Shown here: positions 39,967 through 52,835 of the stretch, piece after piece
Layout of the letters: each line of letters opens with the position of its first letter
How positions within the stretch are numbered: position 1 is the first letter of the stretch
Source: Octopus sinensis
Lineage: Eukaryota
DNA: 64,000 bases
Direction: 5' to 3'
Assembly: GCF_006345805.1 (NCBI RefSeq)
Contig: NC_042998.1
Coordinates: 99,820,001 to 99,884,000, forward strand
The notes under the pieces: model-generated
What the model saw: only the letters and a program-made list of their open reading frames with translations
What the model was told of the DNA's origin: nothing
Databases searched by the model: none
Made by a program: the position numbers and the translations under genes

Positions 39967-41883
39967 AGTCTTCTACTGTAGCCAAAAACAGTTTAGTTCC
40001 ATTGCTTGGAACCTTGGTTCCACACAGTGAGTAAACAGGTGTAACAAAAAGAAAACGTCGAATTTCACCCTTCACCTCAAAAGTTATCTAAACCATTCTA
40101 TAAACAGAAATCGATAAAATAAGTACAAGATTGTATATAATATGGTTAGCTAAAGCCCTTCAAGGTGATGCTCCAAAATGGCCGCAGTCTGACAAAAGCT
40201 AGTATGTGTGAAAGAATATTCTTTCATGCAAATCAGCTAATATATGAAATATCTAAGTTATTGATGAGTCAACATTGCATCTTTTATATCAACCGCAGTT
40301 GAGCAATCAGATTTATTAAATGATCTAATCAATGATAATATCCAATAGTTTTCATTATTAGCAACATTACTCGAGCGTTAATCTCTGCATAGATTTGGCA
40401 GTTTTCTAAATTACTCGTCGCATTATTTAACCAATGCACGTTTTATTCCTTTACACTCTCTAGATTTACTGTAAGCCTTCTGAAGTATTCGCTCCTTCTT
40501 GACATTTTGTGATGAGATTGGTTGTAGTTCCGAAATGCCCAGAATAAGTTGGTAAATCAGATAACAAAACATAGCCAGAAAATAACATATCAGTAGAATC
40601 CAACAAAGCTAGTGATGTTCTATATCGGGAAAAAGCAATATAAATTGCTTAAACGGTGAAATAAATTTTATGCTGTCGGCAAAAGATGTCTTTACTTTTT
40701 AAGCAGTACTTACGTCGAATGGAGGTGAAACGTCAACTTATGTTAAGGATAAATAAATCTTTAACATTTCCTCCTACTTTGATGAAATGTTTTGTACACT
40801 AACATAGTTGTTATCCCCCATCAATCGTTTGTAATGTATTCCTCAAGAAATATAAATTTTAAAGTTAATTCGTAAACAATAGGTGAACACAAGCATGTCC
40901 ATGTGGTTAAGAATCTTGCTTCACAAATACGTGGTTCGGGACCGGATCTCACTGGGCGCGCCCTAGATTCTCTATGCATATTGTAATCCTTCTAAAACAC
41001 TGCATCATTCTTGTTGATACACTGGCAGCAGTAATGGAATGTCCAGAATAGTTTCGTACATCAGCAGAAATGAAAAATCAGACAATAAACCACAGACTGA
41101 AAACAGTTATATGAGGAGAATATTGTAAGCTAGAGTTCATTCAAAAGGTTTGGATTGACGGAAACTGTGAAAGCCTGTAGGATGAACTGAACCTGATAAG
41201 TTGTGGTTTCTATTTTCTTTTTCTTTGCATTCTCAAAGACTTTGCGAAAATTATAGGCGCAATTCATGTATCTTTGATTAAGTCATAAAAAATAACGTTT
41301 TCCCCACTTCTTTCACTTGGTTAGTTTTCATTTTATCCATTATTGAATGCAAACAAAAACGCAGTGAAAAAGATACTTCAAAACCAATTATAAATGTTTT
41401 CTATGTAACTCAATCTAAAATTTCTGCCCTTCAGTAGTAATTGTACTTAAGGTTGTTTTTTTTCTTGTTTGCTAATTCTTTAGTTATGCAGAAGATAGCA
41501 TAAGAGAAAAATTCTTTGAAGACAATGTGGAAGAGTTTACAAGATACAGACACTGGATTATACCCCTAACAAGCCATGCATTTATGACTTCGAGTAAACC
41601 CGTTTATATTCTTTATTTCTATGTTATGTCTACTTTTGGATAAAATTGATTTCTCTGTAGACGTATCAATAATTGCTATAAGAAAAGAAATTTAAAATTT
41701 TTCTTTAAGTGTTTATTTTCTCCATATTTAAAACAAAATAGAATTCAGATTTCTTATATGCCCCAAGGAATGGTGCTTCATCGTTGGGAGAAATTCAAGG
41801 AAACCTACTTTTCGTATCAACTTGCGTCTATATGAACCTATTGAAATTACACGAACTGCATTAAAAACTCTCCTACTAATCGT

Positions 41884-42073
41884 TTCTACTACAGGCACAA
41901 GGATTGAAATTTTATGGGAGAGGATAAGTCGATTACATCGACCCCAGTGTCCAACAAACCAGAGAGGATGAAAGGCAGAATCAACCTCGATTGAATTTGA
42001 ACTCAGAACGCCAAGTTGGAAGAAATGCCGTAAAGCATTTTATCCGGCGTGGTAACGATTCTGCCAGCTCGCT
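41884..42073 (-). mobile_element. SINE family A
   Basis: GGCACAAGG...AAGTCGATTACATCGACCCCAGT...ACGATTCTGCCAGCTCGC. Confidence 0.8.
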
Positions 42074-42179
42074 ACAATAAATCTCCAAGATCTTTTCTGT
42101 TTAGCTTTAGGAGGGACACTTCTCTATTGTCTGCTTCTAATACCCAACACGAAGTGACCTCTAGTACCAACTCTAGACT

Positions 42180-42415
42180 GTCAGACGGTGCCTTGATATT
42201 CTTTGTTACTGAGACAGAAAATGTAGTGGAGTTTCAGTCCTCCTCGAAGCTGCAACTGGTGTTACGACTGGTGGTGCTTCTGGAACAGCAGTCTCTCGAC
42301 ACTAGGCTTCTTTTGTGTTTTCCAGGTCTTCTGGACAGAGAAGCCTTGAAGTAGCCTTTACTGCCACATGTTTAACAACTGGGCTTTCTGTCTTGTATTC
42401 TCAATGAAGGCCACG
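42180..42415 (-). pseudogene. Fourth ORF1-like fragment (zinc-knuckle region)
   Basis: The minus strand reads RIQDRKPSC*TCGSKGYFKAS-(frameshift)-CPEDLENTKE, matching the VEGRPPxCxxCGxxGHxxAxCP pattern of the other copies. A P/A/T-rich tract follows. Confidence 0.45.
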
Positions 42416-43784
42416 TTTTGGAAGGAACAGTAGATTTATTTCCACACCAATATCTAATTGGCATTTATTTTATCCCCGAAAGGATGAAAGGCAAACAGAA
42501 TTCTAGCAGTAATTAAATCAAGAAGATTGGACACTTCACTTATTTACTGCCTTAATTATAGTTATAATTTCATTATTTTCCCCAAAGAGCAACACAATAT
42601 AAAAAGAACATCCAAATATATAAACGCAGATAAAAAAAATTCACTGATCGAAAATTCAGTAACGAACGTGAAAATTCTTCAAAAGCTCATTGGCATTTTA
42701 TTCACTGTCATAGATAGATTTATCGAAACCTCAAAATCAAGAACATTCTATCTTGCAATTAAAACCGTTCCTATATGTAACTATAGCTTCAAGCCCCGTA
42801 ACTTATTAGAGTAATTAATTCGATTTGTCTTATTGTTTTTTTCTACTTCATAGTTTATCTTCTGAATAAATTCTCTGTCCCTTTTTGAATTTATCCGCCA
42901 AACGGAATCTCGATTGCTCTGCCGAACATCAAATCTAACTCGCATTCATTTTATATTGTGCTGTATCTTCACATATCATCTGTTAGTTCGCCATAATAGA
43001 TTTTGCAGAAGTCTGTCTGGCTTTGAATAAGCAGACATTGAAAACCATGTATGTGATAATCCATTATAGTCTTGCTGAGATAATAGTTATGAAGGGTGAG
43101 GCACAAGATTGTTTATCTCGATTGTTTGTACTTTGTTTAGGTCACCATCCCCATTTAAGTGTGTGTGAAATAAAGAGTACGAATGGGAATCGTTTCTAAG
43201 ATTTTTAAATATTTATTTTCGATTTCTATATAAAAAGAAAAAGGTGAATACAGGAGTGTGAAATGCACGATTATTTCTGGTAAAATGTGTTTAATAAATT
43301 TATAGAATTCCTTTTCGCTATTTGCCATTCCAATACTTGTTACTTTGATTATTTTGGGCATATTTCTTTCACGAAAAATAAACATTTTGAAAGATTTCGA
43401 TAAACATTTCATTACTTTTCGCATACTTTCTGCCACCATAGCCCCCGACCAATCCACGCGCACGCACACTTTATAAAAACTTCTCTCTCTCCTCTTCCCT
43501 GGTTCTGCTTTCACTATGTCCCCCCACACACACACACACATACACACAGTGCCACGCTACAAACATTCGACCGAATTCTGTCATAAGAAAGAAATAATTT
43601 GTTTTAATCTCATAAGAAAATATTTCCCCGAATAAAATAAAAACTCAACAAACGACTTTTTTAATTTAATATTTAATTGAATATAAATTGCAATTCAATG
43701 ACTGAAGCTAGTAAAAGACTAAAAAAATATTCTTCAATTTATGCTTCCTTTCTTTCATATATATATATATATAAATAATTATTG

Positions 43785-43994
43785 GTTTCAAATTTTGGCA
43801 CAAGGCCGGCAAGTTCGGCGGGAAAGGATTAAGTCGATTACATCGACCCCAGTTCTCAACTGGTACTTACCTTATCGACCACGAAAGGATGAAAACCAAC
43901 CACGGTGGAATTTGAACTCAGAATGTAAGTACGGACAAAACACTACTAAACATTTTGTCCTGTGTATGCCAACAATTCTGCCAGCTCACCGCCT
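43785..43994 (-). mobile_element. SINE family A
   Basis: GGCACAAGGCC...AAGTCGATTACATCGACCCCAGT...ATTCTGCCAGCTCACCGCC. Confidence 0.8.
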
Positions 43995-44979
43995 TACATG
44001 TGTGTGTATTTGAAAAAGCGAGTAGTCTAGGCAGATATCTATTTGGTCGGGTAATAAGAGATTCGTAGGCCTTCCCTCACTGCAAGGATTTTGATGATCA
44101 GCTTAAACATTAGTTTGACGGCAATGTCTGCAGGAAATATATGGGCAGGGCTGGAATTTCAGAAAATTGCTTTTTTGAAGCAGGGGTGGGCGAGTTAATT
44201 AGTACGGATTATTATTTAGATTGTGGTTGCCTGGCCCCAAGTCATTCCTGATAGAGTAGAACTATGACCAAAAGTACTTGTCTTGATATCTCGCCATTTA
44301 TTCAGAAACAGGATATTTATTGTTACATTAACTAATGTGTTATTAAAAATAAAGACTGTACAGTATGATTTTAGGAAGATTTGGTTACTAATTTTAGTAA
44401 GTTGTATAAGCTGACTTAATTGTAATAGCGGTAAACTACACGTCTTTCGGTATTTCTCTTTTTTCTTTACTTTGTGAGTTCAAATCTTGCCAGAACCAAC
44501 TTTGTCTTTTATCTTTCCATGGGGCCAATAAAGTATCAGTCATATACTGATGTCGATTTAATCGACTATTTTCCTCCCCTCAAAAAAAAAGTCGAAGCTG
44601 GCGATAATTCAATTCATAGGTTCGTAGCTAAAATACATTGGTTTAATAAAGATTTGCTTTACCGTTTCCGTTACATAATAGCTGTCTTCAAATCATAAAT
44701 AGCACTTTATTATATAATATAGATGCTACGCGTCTTCATGAATCACGCAGTTGTGAAATAAACGTACATGAGACAAGTTTGATTTTCAGTTTTAGCCATT
44801 CTATTTCACCTACATTAATATGTATGTAAGGTCTCTCAGAAAGACATGACCATCACCACATCATTCATCCTGTATTTTTTTAATATTAATTTCCATTCAA
44901 CTATACTTGTTAATCGAGCGCTGTGGTGAAGAAAGCTAAACTAACTAGTTGAGATGTGATTCTGTTTCGATTCGAATTA

Positions 44980-45443
44980 CAGTGAATCCTCGTTTATCGC
45001 GGTAGATTGGTTCCGAGGCCGCCCGCAATAACTGAATTTCCGCGAAGTAGGGACACCATATTTACAGTATTTATTTAACGTGTATTTGGACTTTTAAAAC
45101 CCTCTCTGTACTGTTAACAACCCACCAATTACGGTAGTCTATTAATAAAAAGGACAAATGTTAAGCAATGACACTTTAGATTTAAAAAAAATAAAGATTG
45201 TTACTGTTACACAAAATAGAAAGCTGTGATTCGTCGTCTCTCTCCATTGCACCAATCACAGCCCGTCTTAAGTTCAAATACCCCTGTATATGCTTTTTTG
45301 CTATTTTACGCTTGTTTTGTTGTTCCTAGACTATGAATAATATTTATTATTAATATTTTAATGGATTTAATGAAAAATTTTAGGAGTTATATATATATTT
45401 AAAATCCGCGATAGTTGAACCGTGAAGTAGCGAGGGATCACTG
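44980..45443. mobile_element. Tigger-type MITE
   Basis: TA-CAGTGAATCCTCGTTTATCGCGGT ... ACCGTGAAGTAGCGAGGGATCACTG-TA. It has imperfect TIRs starting CAGT, a TA TSD and no ORF. Confidence 0.8.
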
Positions 45444-45694
45444 TAATTTCATTTCGTTCCTCTGATGCCTTTAGAGAGAGACAGGATGAATAACACAGCG
45501 TCCCACAAATATCTCCTTTCTTCTTCCCCTAAATATAGTAATGTGATGCCCTGTTCCACAAAAAAATTGTTACATTGACACATTCTCGCTGACTAGTCAA
45601 AAACTGTTGAGTTAGTATTGTTGTTTAGCTCTAATTCTCTTCTGATTGTGCAGACTTGTGATCAAAAGTACTTTTGGCCATGAATAAATAAAAG

Positions 45695-46311
45695 GGATCT
45701 TTACCTTTTGACCGACAGATTATAAAAATAACTTTTTTGTAACTAAACACTTTCAAACTTCGGACACTGGTAGAATGTGTCATATAAAACAGCTTTTACT
45801 CTTAATATTTTTGAGAAAAACTTATATTTATGAAATTATTTCACGTTTAAGTTATCCTATTTCGGTAATTTCAACCAATCAATGACGTGTATTCAGCTGA
45901 ATAAAATTACTGCCGTTGTTTGTCAACAACAACCATCGGATGTGTATTTTTCGTTTGTCACTGTTATTTATGACATCGTTCGTGCGTTTGTACTGGTTTT
46001 AGCTATAAGGTTTTAGGGTTAGGGTTAGAGCTGTTATAAATAACAGTGACAAATGAAATATACCCCGCCAGAAGTTCTTGTTGACAAACAACAACAGTAA
46101 TTTTATTCAGCTGAATATACGTCATTGATTGGTTGAAATTACCAAAATACTACAACTTTAACGTGAAATAACTTCCTAAATAAAAGCTTTTCTCAAAAAT
46201 GCTATGAGTAAAAGATGTTTTATTTGACACATTCTACCAGTGTCCGAAGTTTGAAAGTGTTCAGTTACAAAAAATTATTTTTTAAATCTGTCGGTCAAAA
46301 GGTAAAGATCC
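45695..46311. mobile_element. 617-bp fold-back DNA transposon, GGATC termini, 8-bp TSD
   Basis: Arms of roughly 280 bp start GGATCTTTACCTTTTGACCGACAGATTT. AATAAAAG is duplicated at 45687-45694 and 46312-46319. TTAGGG repeats lie in the centre. Confidence 0.9.
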
Positions 46312-47042
46312 AATAAAAGACAAGGTGGTCACGATTGAAGTACTTCAATTGCGAGCACCTTGTCTTTTATTTATTTTTTTTTTTTTTCGATAACGTATTA
46401 CCCTAAGTATCATGTCACTTTGTGTGTGTATGTGTGCGTGTGAATTGGACGATAGGGTATCATTTGAGGTAGATTCGACTGCAATTTCTTGCTAGTTGAG
46501 CAGTTACGTAGACGCTCGCTCGTTGGCTCGGGCGATCGTATAGAAACTTTCTCGTTATCTTGAAAGATTTTGAGTTTCAAATTTTTGTGGCGTCCCTCTC
46601 TTATATTGTTGTTTCGTTTCGTTGGAATAAATAATTAAACAAATACCGGACAGAAACCGTTGACATTAAAAAAACTCTTTATCTTCAGATATAATCTCTT
46701 CACAGTTTCTAGCCATTTAAGAACCGTACAACATAATTTGATTGCGTCAACTCAACTGAATATAATGATACTTTTTTCTCTTTTAAAAACAGTAAGATAC
46801 CAGCTTTCCTGAAGAGTCTCTTCTGGTCTGATGCCTCAGCACTTTACATCCATTAGGTTTTCATTATTATTATAAAAACCCGACTTATTTTTCTTGGAAT
46901 AAAACTGAAGAAGTCATTTAGCTTAATTTTTTTTATATATTTGGCTCAATTTTTTTTTTTTGTTTCCAATTTAATTTATAGATATTACATTTACATAGAT
47001 ATATGTATGCATTATTATTTTCAGTTTGAATATATCATGTAC

Positions 47043-47462
47043 GGATCTTTTCGGTTTGAACGGTAGTTTTTAACATAATTTCTAGGTAACTAAAAAATTT
47101 TAAACTTCGTATACTGGTAGAATGTGTTTATAAAACATCTTTTTCTCTTGGCTTTATTGAGAAAATTCTATACTTTGTAAGATATTTGTTGCTTTTTCTT
47201 CAATTTCTGCAATTTCAACCAATCACTGACGTCCATTGAGGTAAACAACATTCTGTGCCGTATGTCCCTCGTTTAAGAAACAGATTGGGTTTATTTACAT
47301 TTGTGAAGAAAAAAAGATACCCTTTCCCCCACCCCTAACCCTAACTAACCCTAACCCTAAAACAGATTGAAATGCAATAGATCGATACTAGGGTCATAAT
47401 TATGGGTGACAATTTCATATGACACCGCTAGAAAAAAACTGCCGTTCAAATCGAAAAGATCC
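47043..47462. mobile_element. 420-bp DNA transposon, GGATC termini, 8-bp TSD
   Basis: TIR of about 30 bp (GGATCTTTTCGGTTTGAACGGTAGTTTTT). TCATGTAC is duplicated at 47035-47042 and 47463-47470. It shares internal blocks (AAACTTCG..ACTGGTAGAATGTGT, AATTTCAACCAATCA.TGACGT) with the 45695 element and contains CCCTAA repeats. Confidence 0.9.
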
Positions 47463-47984
47463 TCATGTACACATGCTTGTGTATCTATATTGTTTGTTTC
47501 ATATTTTGTTAATTATAAATGGAAACGCGTTTACTTTGAAAGTGAATGTATGTATATTCAGTTGTACGATAAAAAGAGTAAAATATTAGGAATTTGTTGA
47601 AAAATACGTGGATTATTTGTTAGAAAAAGGAAGGGAAACGGAAGCCTGAAGTAAAGTAAAACATGGAGAACGAAAGGGTAGAGTGAAATCAGAAGAGATT
47701 CTGAGAAGAAACCTATGAAATAAAGACCAGGAAAAACAAAATGAGAAAGTATAGAAAAACGAATTGAAGGTTGGATGTTATTTTAAATTAGGTCGACAGA
47801 GAGCTGGTTGTAAGTCATGCAGATTGCGGGAAGGAAGAGAAGATAGATAACTAGATGTTTAAAAAGAAAAGTACAAAACAAACAACTGAGTCTTATGATT
47901 GATTTTAACAAGGCGTGTTGGAGCGGCAACCCTACCACTGTTGATTGATGCTTTCTGAGTTCGAACAAGAGCAAATCCACTAGC

Positions 47985-48321
47985 CCAATCATTTCTGACA
48001 TAAATGGGCGGATATCTAAATCACATGTAAAGAAGAGCCAAACGTTACCGTACGCACGCAGGCGCATACACATCCCCCGCTCTCTCTCTCTCTCTCTCTC
48101 TCTCTCTAGCAACAAATAAAATAGAAAAAGCTTGTCACAGGTGGACAAATAAAATATATAGCTTTATTTGTTTTTTTTTCTTTTTGCTTTTTATTTTTCG
48201 TAGTTAGGCACATCCTGTCCAGATGTCATTGCTTTCCTTAACTTCTGACGAGATTTTGACCCTCCCACCGTCGATATATGACCACTCAACAAAAGTATAA
48301 TTAACAGTGAATTTATTGGTG
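47985..48321 (+). promoter_or_regulatory. Candidate promoter and untranslated first exon for the 51274 exon
   Basis: CCAAT at 47985-47989, GGGCGG at 48006-48011, locally more CpG, and a possible donor GTG|GTAGGC at 48322. These are short motifs only. Confidence 0.25.
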
Positions 48322-48908
48322 GTAGGCGTGGCGATTAACATAGAACCGACTTGCTAAAGTCATGATGCAGTTCTAGTTTCTGATTGTAACTATTTGGTTT
48401 ACTTAGTTTAAAATGTTAATGCTCGCTACAAAAGTTTAGGAGCATCTCAATCGTATATTTCTCTGAAAACCGAAGAATATGATGCTTCTGTGTCTGGTTA
48501 AAGAAAATCAGGTTTTTTTTTTTTTTGTCTTTTTACCTCATCACTACCATCGGTTTATACTTTCCCGAGCTAAATATTGTATTAGTTTGAAAAGTATACC
48601 AAGAAGTTATCTATATGGACTAAATGTTCTTTGGGGATACAGAATTACTTAAAATAGTATAATCGATATATATATATAATGCTTGAGGATGGTATGGGTT
48701 CGCTCCCCTGCTAGCAATTATATTTGTATATACAGGGTGCAACGCCGCACTGCTAACCAGCTGGCGGAAGTTATGCCTAGGGTTAAAGAGTGGTAACATG
48801 GAACAGCCACTTTGATGAGGCGATTAACTTTACTTGTTAGTATAGTTACTACTCTGGTCTCTTTTTGAGATTTTACTACTAGCTATCTTCCTTATATATA
48901 TATTAAAT

Positions 48909-49323
48909 AGCTGCAGGATTAAAATTAATCATAGGACTTACTAAATATGGCTACCTGCTGGAAATAACAGTCAAAACTCTTATTTAAATCGTCGAAAAAA
49001 ACACTGATAATAACTACAGAAATCAACAATCTTTCAGCATACATTCAAGTATTTGGACTCACGTGAACCGGTTTCTGGACTGGCATTATAGCTTCACCTA
49101 CCTGTTAACACGTGAGGCAATAATGCCAGTCCAGAAACCGGTCCACGTGAGTCCAAATACTTGAATGTATATCGAAAGATTGTCCTAACTCGTTTGCTCG
49201 CAGACGGTTGATTTCTGTAGCTATTATCAGTGTTTTTCGGCGATTTAAGTAAGAGTTTTAACTGTTATTTCCAGCAGGTAGGCATATTTAGTATGTCCTT
49301 TGATGAATTTTAATCCTTCAGCT
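48909..49323. repeat. Long fold-back element, arms about 190 bp with a 14-nt spacer
   Basis: 48909-49097 is the reverse complement of 49112-49323, apart from an insertion of about 24 nt in the right arm. Confidence 0.85.
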
Positions 49324-50267
49324 TTGGGGGGGGGCTGGAATCGCCTATACTATTGATTCTGTTATTATCATTTTTAATTGTTACACTAGATAATAATAGT
49401 CAATAATATCTTCGCAAATATTTTCTCCTAAATATTTGCTCCGTATTGAAATATATATATATATATATATATATGATTCTGAAAATCTTAACGTAGATAG
49501 AAAGCCTTTTCGTATTGAAAAAGCTTATCATTTAGAAGCTATAGTGCTAAAAGCACAGAGATATCAGTAGCACATGAAAAGTGTCCGGTAGTGACGACGG
49601 AATTGCTAAATTATGATTTCTATGTTTTGCACGTCTTCAGTTGCAGGTAACCATTATCAACAGCATGATACAACGTAGTCGTATGGCAGCAGGATATTTT
49701 ATATAGACGCATTCATTTGAAAAAAAAATTTTTTTTAGTTAAAACTGTCTAAAGCTTCTGTACCTACGTTTTCCTTTCAAAATATGTTCGATAATTTTAA
49801 TCATTGATTACTGTGTGTCACTTTTTCTAAGCTGCGTTCTCGTCTTGGCATAAAAAGGAAAATAACAGATGACAGCTATCAAAGTAAAAGAGGTGCTACT
49901 GTAAAACAAAAATATATAATTTTCAAATGTGCAGTATCAAACAGTTCAGAAAACATAGTTTCAAAAGAAAATGTGTATTTCATAATTTTCTACTTATATG
50001 GTTTTCAAAATAACCGTGGATTTTCAACAATAAGGATACACTGATGACGCTTATTGATAGAGAAACACCAGTTCATAGCTGTCCTCTTGTTACCATAAAA
50101 AAACTGATTTGTCTTCCCCTTAAGCCATGTAAGTTCAGGTGATTGAGTGTTCATTCGTTCAAATTATCGCCCCATCCTACTTGGAATCTGTTGCTGCTTT
50201 GTTATGTTTACCCTATCTCAATGTGAAAATTATTAAATAAATCAAGAATTTCACTTCATACCACTGA

Positions 50268-50550
50268 CCACTGTGTGTTAAGTAGCTTGCTTACCAACCA
50301 CATGGTTCTGGGTTAGCAAGTGTCTTCTACTACAGCCTGTTTGTGTGTCAGTGTTTGTCCCCCCATCATCGCTTGACAACCGATGCTGGTTTATTCCCGT
50401 CCCCTTAACTTAGCGGTTCGGCAAAAGAGACCGATAGAATAAATACTAGGCTTACAAAGAATGAGTTGTAAGGTTGATTTGTTCGATTAAATGCAGTGCT
50501 TCAACATGGCCGCAGTGAAATGACTGAAACAAATAAAAGAGTAAAAGCGT
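50268..50550 (+). mobile_element. SINE family B
   Basis: AAGTAGCTTGCTTACCAACCACATGGTTC...CGCTTGACAACCGATGCTGG...CATGGCCGCAGTGAAATGACTGAAAC. Confidence 0.8.
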
Positions 50551-51082
50551 ATAAATATATATAACGTATCATGATCTCTCTTGTCGAAGACGACAGATGA
50601 CGGTCCTGCAATTTCTAGCAGCACAACCTGCACAGATGATTTGTTTATAGTGATGAAATATTTATACTGTTTATTAGCTCACTTCCTATATCAAATCAAC
50701 ATTGCCTGTACAGGTGCATGGTGTTACACGTCAGATGTGAAGTAATATTAAAATATTAAAACAATTTCGTTATCTAGTCGTGTCTGCACAGACAAAGACA
50801 TCAGTTACAAATCCAGATTCATAACACTACGATTGATGTTGCATTATAATAATCACTCAGCCAGAGTCTTTTAGGGTTGTGGGTTCGACTCTCATGGTTA
50901 TTTGCTGACAACTTTTTTCCGGCTTGGAAGGGTAATATTACCCATTATTTCTGCTGTTTTAACGGCAACACTGCATTCGAAGAAAAAAATATGATCTTCT
51001 CTTCTTCTTTGTATTTTACAATACACATTCGACGCTTCAATAAAAACAAATGTAAATTTGTTTATATATACACACGTGGTTG

Positions 51083-51133
<51 letters not shown>

Positions 51134-51299
51134 GATAGTTTTATTCAAAGATCTTAAATGTCAGTTAACCTTATTTCTTTTGAACCCTCTCCATTGTTTA
51201 AACAATCTAATTAATTAAATTATATTTAAAAAGTGATGTAGTAACCTTGATGTTTATATTTTAATACTTTCAGGTAATTTGCTCAATAAAACTTAAAGA

Positions 51300-51605
51300 A
51301 TGAAGACAAAATCTTATCGCTTGAGTTGCCGTTCCATAAAAGACGTATTTCTTTATATTATATTACTAATCATGGTATCAACATTTATCACGATCTACGA
51401 AACAATAAGATATACCCCTTGGGTAGAAAACAAAATATTGAAAATACAATGGAAGCTTCCTCTTCGAGACTTACACAAAGAACTCAAAAATAATTCTTAC
51501 AAGGATTATCTACGAAAAATTCCAGAAAAGAAATCTCATATTCGTACTTACAAAGGTCTTTCACATTCCAAAAAACCGTCGCAGATTTTGACAACACTTT
51601 TAAAA
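51300..51605 (+). CDS. First coding exon (102 codons) of a type II single-pass membrane protein, family not recognised
   Basis: Acceptor ttaatactttcAG ends at 51273; ATG at 51300; open frame to a strong phase-0 donor AAA|GTAAGT at 51606. The protein has a short basic N-tail (MKTKSYRLSCRSIKD), a hydrophobic segment (VFLYIILLIMVSTFITIY) and a K-rich stem. This topology is typical of Golgi glycosyltransferases, sulfotransferases and secretory kinases. The sequence is non-repetitive. Confidence 0.7.
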
Positions 51606-52835
51606 GTAAGTATGACCTTCTGCTTTCGTTTCTTTTAATTAGATCAATGAGATGTTTGGGGAATAGTTGTTCCTTTTTATCGTTTAATTACATTGCTTTG
51701 TCATGAAGCAAACTTTAGTCTTGAGAACAGATGTGAATTTTAAGTTATATATGTTCTCTTCCTGGGCGGATACTGAGTGAGCATTTTGACTGTTCGTACT
51801 CTCAGCGACACTGTAGTAAAAAATAAGGTTGTGTTGTTCAGTTTGACATCTTTTATGCAACACCTAAATTTTAAGATCTTACAGATGTTTAGCTCCCCAG
51901 ATAAGATAATCGTCTGACCGTATAAATTAAAGAACTAAGTTCTTTCTTCAAGAATTTCAGTCCAGTTTTATTCAGGCCCAGTCCATATCAAGTTGCTTTA
52001 ACGATATTGTATCATCGCTATTTTGGTTAAGTGAATGGCTTCTTCTTTTTTATCCTTTTAAATTCTCTTACAAAATGTGATGGTTTCTAACAAATACACA
52101 AACCTTCAACCTTGCATATTTTTAATATTTCACTTAAAGATTTTCAGAATACAAATTATATGGTTAATTTCTCTACCAGAAATACAAATATTTTCTAGGT
52201 TATTTGTTGAGTACTTGGTAATGTAACAAATAGCATCAGTAATTCTCGATGCAAATTGTGAATTTTATAATCTGAATAGATAAGAGGATTTCTAAAAAGT
52301 TATGCATAAATGCTCTTTCTCACAAATTGTGGATGAAATCTATTCGACAGATGATCACTGCATACGACCTGATTTTTATATTCTGTACTCAACAATTCTA
52401 TCACACTTGGTAAGGCACTTGCGTATTATGTGATATTTATATATTGCTGGTGTGTATATACACACACATAGACACACACACCACAAGCTTCATTGGGTCA
52501 GAGTTTATCTTGGTTTCTAAGTCGTTTAAGCGGTTAGGATTGAGTGCATGTGTGCGTGCGTAATACTTTAAAACTATATATAAAAATGAAATTAATTGAT
52601 TTTTTATCAGCTTTCCTATCCATAGTATTTTAAACACAGTATCTGTAGTATAAATGACAGTTACATTAAATGTTTCACGGTATCTAGTTTGATGCTCTGT
52701 ATCTCTTTTACGTCGAAATTCATTACTTGTCTTTCTCATATGTTTAAGATAAGAATCTGTATTTTGTTTTAACGCTCTATTTTGTCCCATCGCTACAGCA
52801 AAATAAAATGCCATTTGGAGTTAGGAATATATATA

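Noticed and set aside
50041-50075. CTGATGAC...GAAACACCAGTT
   Set aside because: Stem II and stem I are not complementary; at best a heavily decayed motif.
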